Assembly (NCBI RefSeq): GCF_006345805.1
Contig: NC_042997.1
Coordinates: forward strand, 24,552,001-24,616,000
Direction of reading: 5' to 3'
From: Octopus sinensis
Lineage: Eukaryota
Length of the DNA stretch: 64,000 nucleotides
Below, piece by piece: positions 61,361 through 64,000 of the stretch. The translations under genes were made by a program, and so were the position numbers. The first letter of the stretch is position 1. The number at the start of each line of letters is the position of its first letter. The notes beneath the pieces are model-generated. The model saw only the letters and a list, made by a program, of their open reading frames with translations, searched no databases and was not told where the DNA came from.

Positions 61361-64000
61361 TATGTATGTATGTATGTATGTATGTATGTATGTATGTATG
61401 TATGTATGTATGTATGTATGTATGCATGTATGTATGTATGTATGTATGTATGTATGTATGTATGTATGTATGTATGTATGTATGCATGCATGTATGTATG
61501 TATGTATGTACATCATTATTCAGTTTATTTCAAGACTTGTAACATCTGAACTTGGAGTCTTATTTTTCGAATTTGCCTTATTCTTTCGCATTGTGTAAGG
61601 CCCAACTTCTAAACATTTGTATTGCAGTTTTAAGTTACGTAATCTAAAGCTGTAATAAGATTCCAACGCCACAGTCCGAGTGAAGTAACCGTAGACTTCT
61701 CAATAGTATGGTATTAATGCTTTTTCCACACATTAATTTCACTGAGATTTAAACTTTTGCGAAGATTCCAGTTCTTCTTTACCAGATGATTTTATCGTCT
61801 GCTCTCCTTGCATTTTACCGAGGTTTTACAGAAATATTTCACCAGTAATCTTTCACATTATGTGTAATTATACATGCTACATCACTATAGCTTTCATATT
61901 TGCATTCTCAATTTCATCCTTTGCATTGCAGAATCTTTCGACCAAGATATCATGCTTCATAAGTAGAGAATACAGCGGTGCCATTTCGCAGAGCTATTTA
62001 TCAAATGGTTGACATCTATATTAATTCCATAAGATCTCCATTGGTTTTACATCTAGATGCACCCCTTACACCTTTGTGCATCGTGTCTCACTTCTATTTA
62101 CATAGCTATCATTTTTGTGCACCCATTGTGTTACTTCCGAAATTATGACTTAAGAAATGAGATCTAATATCTTGTTTACTAGCGCGTAACAAACCGCTTC
62201 AATAGACTGAGAGATGGTTTCTTATGATCAGTATTATATCTGAAAAACAATAGCACTAAAGCAAAGGTACTGGTATATGCAAGAACAATTCAGGGCAATA
62301 ACTCGGGTTAGTCCTGTTTCTAATGATATACAGTTGTGGTGGTATCAGTCCAACTTAGGAAACTACTTCCATCAGTTTTACGAATTCGTAATTGTGTTTG
62401 TGGATCACAAATCCTGGCAAAGTTGTTATCCCTTTTTCTTTTTCTTTTTTTTTACGTGAAGGACTGGGATTTGAAGTTAGCTTTGTTTAAAGGGAAAAAA
62501 ACTCCATAATCTAACACTGCCCTCTCGTGTTTTATATATGTGGGACGAAAGTTATATTTTTTTCTCGTCACCTTACAAACATATAAAAAACTTCAAACCT
62601 GTAATTATATTCCTGTGGTATGTTAAACTTGTTTGCCATATAAACTACTTTAGTCTAACCGATATCGGGGTTATTTGGAAATCCGACAGGCAAAATTTAA
62701 CTTAATTTATTACTTTTCTCTTTAATCATTTGCGTGTGCCTTACTTTACGAACATGTTCTTCACATTTTTTTCTGCAAAACATTTTCAGTCGTGTATTAA
62801 TACCCTTTGCATGGTACATAGGTGACTAGTGTTAACCATTGGAACAATGAAGTCTTGGTTTCAACTTTGATTAGAAATATTATGTCATTGGATACAAAAG
62901 CTGCATATACATACATGCACATGCACTCACAAACACATTCATGCATATATGTGTGGGGTGGTGGTGGCAGGTGGTGAGTATATAATAGACGTGCAAAGCC
63001 CAATGTCGCACGTTAGTGAAGAACAGAATTACAGTGAAAACAATTTAAGTTACTTAGAATCACGGCGTAAAATCCAAAATCCAGATGAAAAGATTGTTTG
63101 TGATCAAAGGATTTCAGAGACATTACGTTTTTATGGCGATCAACGATGTATAACGGGATCAGTCTGAATTTAAATATCTTCCGTTAATCAATTATTTTTT
63201 AAATTAAGAAAAAAAATTACTGAACACAACTTGTTTCTTCAGTAGGATTGATATTATTCTTCGTGTTGCTGTTGTTGCTGTTATTGTCATTTTTTGTAGT
63301 TGTTGCTGTTAACCCCGCTCAACTCTGATGGACCAAAATCATAATCAAAAGAAATTCAAACTGTGAATATCTCATCTTATTTATCTGAGACTACATGAAC
63401 CCCATTCCTCCTTTTTTAAGTCGTTGCAGTGTAATTTTACGAGATTTGGCTGCTATCTTTAGGAGATCAAGTGACCATATAACAGTTTCCTAGTTGTCTT
63501 CAGTAGATGTAGTGCTGTGTACAGATGAATGCAAAAGAAAGGATTCTTTCGGTGTGATAGGTGCTTCTCTGATAAGGACACTAAAGCGGAATGCTTTAAA
63601 GCTAATGTGGTCATTTTTTAAATTTGTTGTTTTTCTTTAGCCTTTAATAGCTTTTTTAAAACAATAAAATAAACGTTTAATGTAACTACGCACATTTAAT
63701 TTAACCTCGACACATTGGCTACTAACGAATTCATGGATAATCTAGAAACTAAAATCAAACGCATTATAAAATCAATATATTTGAAGAGAATCTTAGGAAA
63801 AAGAGATTTAATATTTTTTAAAAGTTTGACCTAACATTTTGATAACAGAACATATAAAAGAGGACGGAGTAAAAAAAAAATGTTATCCTTGGAGAAAATA
63901 TTCAATTTATTTTCTTGCAATTGCGTTTAAAGTTGTGTGCAGTCACTGTAACCCCGAGTAAGATTTGGACTAGAAGTTTAAATGTCTTTCCACTGCAAGC

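Larger units (their letters stand above)
59841..62071. repeat. 268/267-bp inverted repeat pair bracketing 1.7 kb (possible long-TIR DNA transposon relic)
   Basis: 59841-60108 versus reverse complement of 61805-62071: five substitutions and one indel; CTTT direct repeat at both outer edges. Confidence 0.9.

Noticed and set aside
62949-63167. 72-aa ORF in non-repetitive sequence
   Set aside because: No motif, no clear start or splice signals, and length within chance expectation.

Overview
This is eukaryotic, AT-rich, microsatellite-saturated DNA with no supportable host protein-coding gene, so it is intergenic or deep intronic. The SINE families and repeat landscape look like an octopus genome, which is my recognition and cannot be verified here. 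Most long ORFs in the track are microsatellite artefacts. Real coding remnants are all decayed transposons: a CR1-like LINE (17.8-20.85 kb, plus a 3' end at 49.4 kb), L1/Tx1 fragments (9.0, 27.3, 36.9-38.2 kb), an RT-deleted R4/Dong element (33-35.1 kb), a HERO-like RLE end (21 kb), an RTE 3' end with three C2H2 fingers (55.4-56.1 kb), a Penelope-like element with RT and GIY-YIG (9.5-10.8 kb) and two mariner derivatives. There are about 30 copies of at least five tRNA-headed SINE families, which I label A, B, C, D and F for convenience, and one 100-N gap. The most interesting signal is a set of minimal type I hammerhead-ribozyme motifs in at least five unrelated short repeats. One sits inside a TSD-flanked, Pol III-headed SINE (45519-45953), one family has a non-canonical CUGUUGA/CUGUGGA core, and one remnant lies in a 429-bp near-perfect palindrome. 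Also notable are a SINE that inserts as TSD-bounded monomers, dimers and trimers, SINE-LINE shared 3' tails, retroelement-specific microsatellite associations, and a 268-bp inverted repeat bracketing 59.8-62.1 kb.
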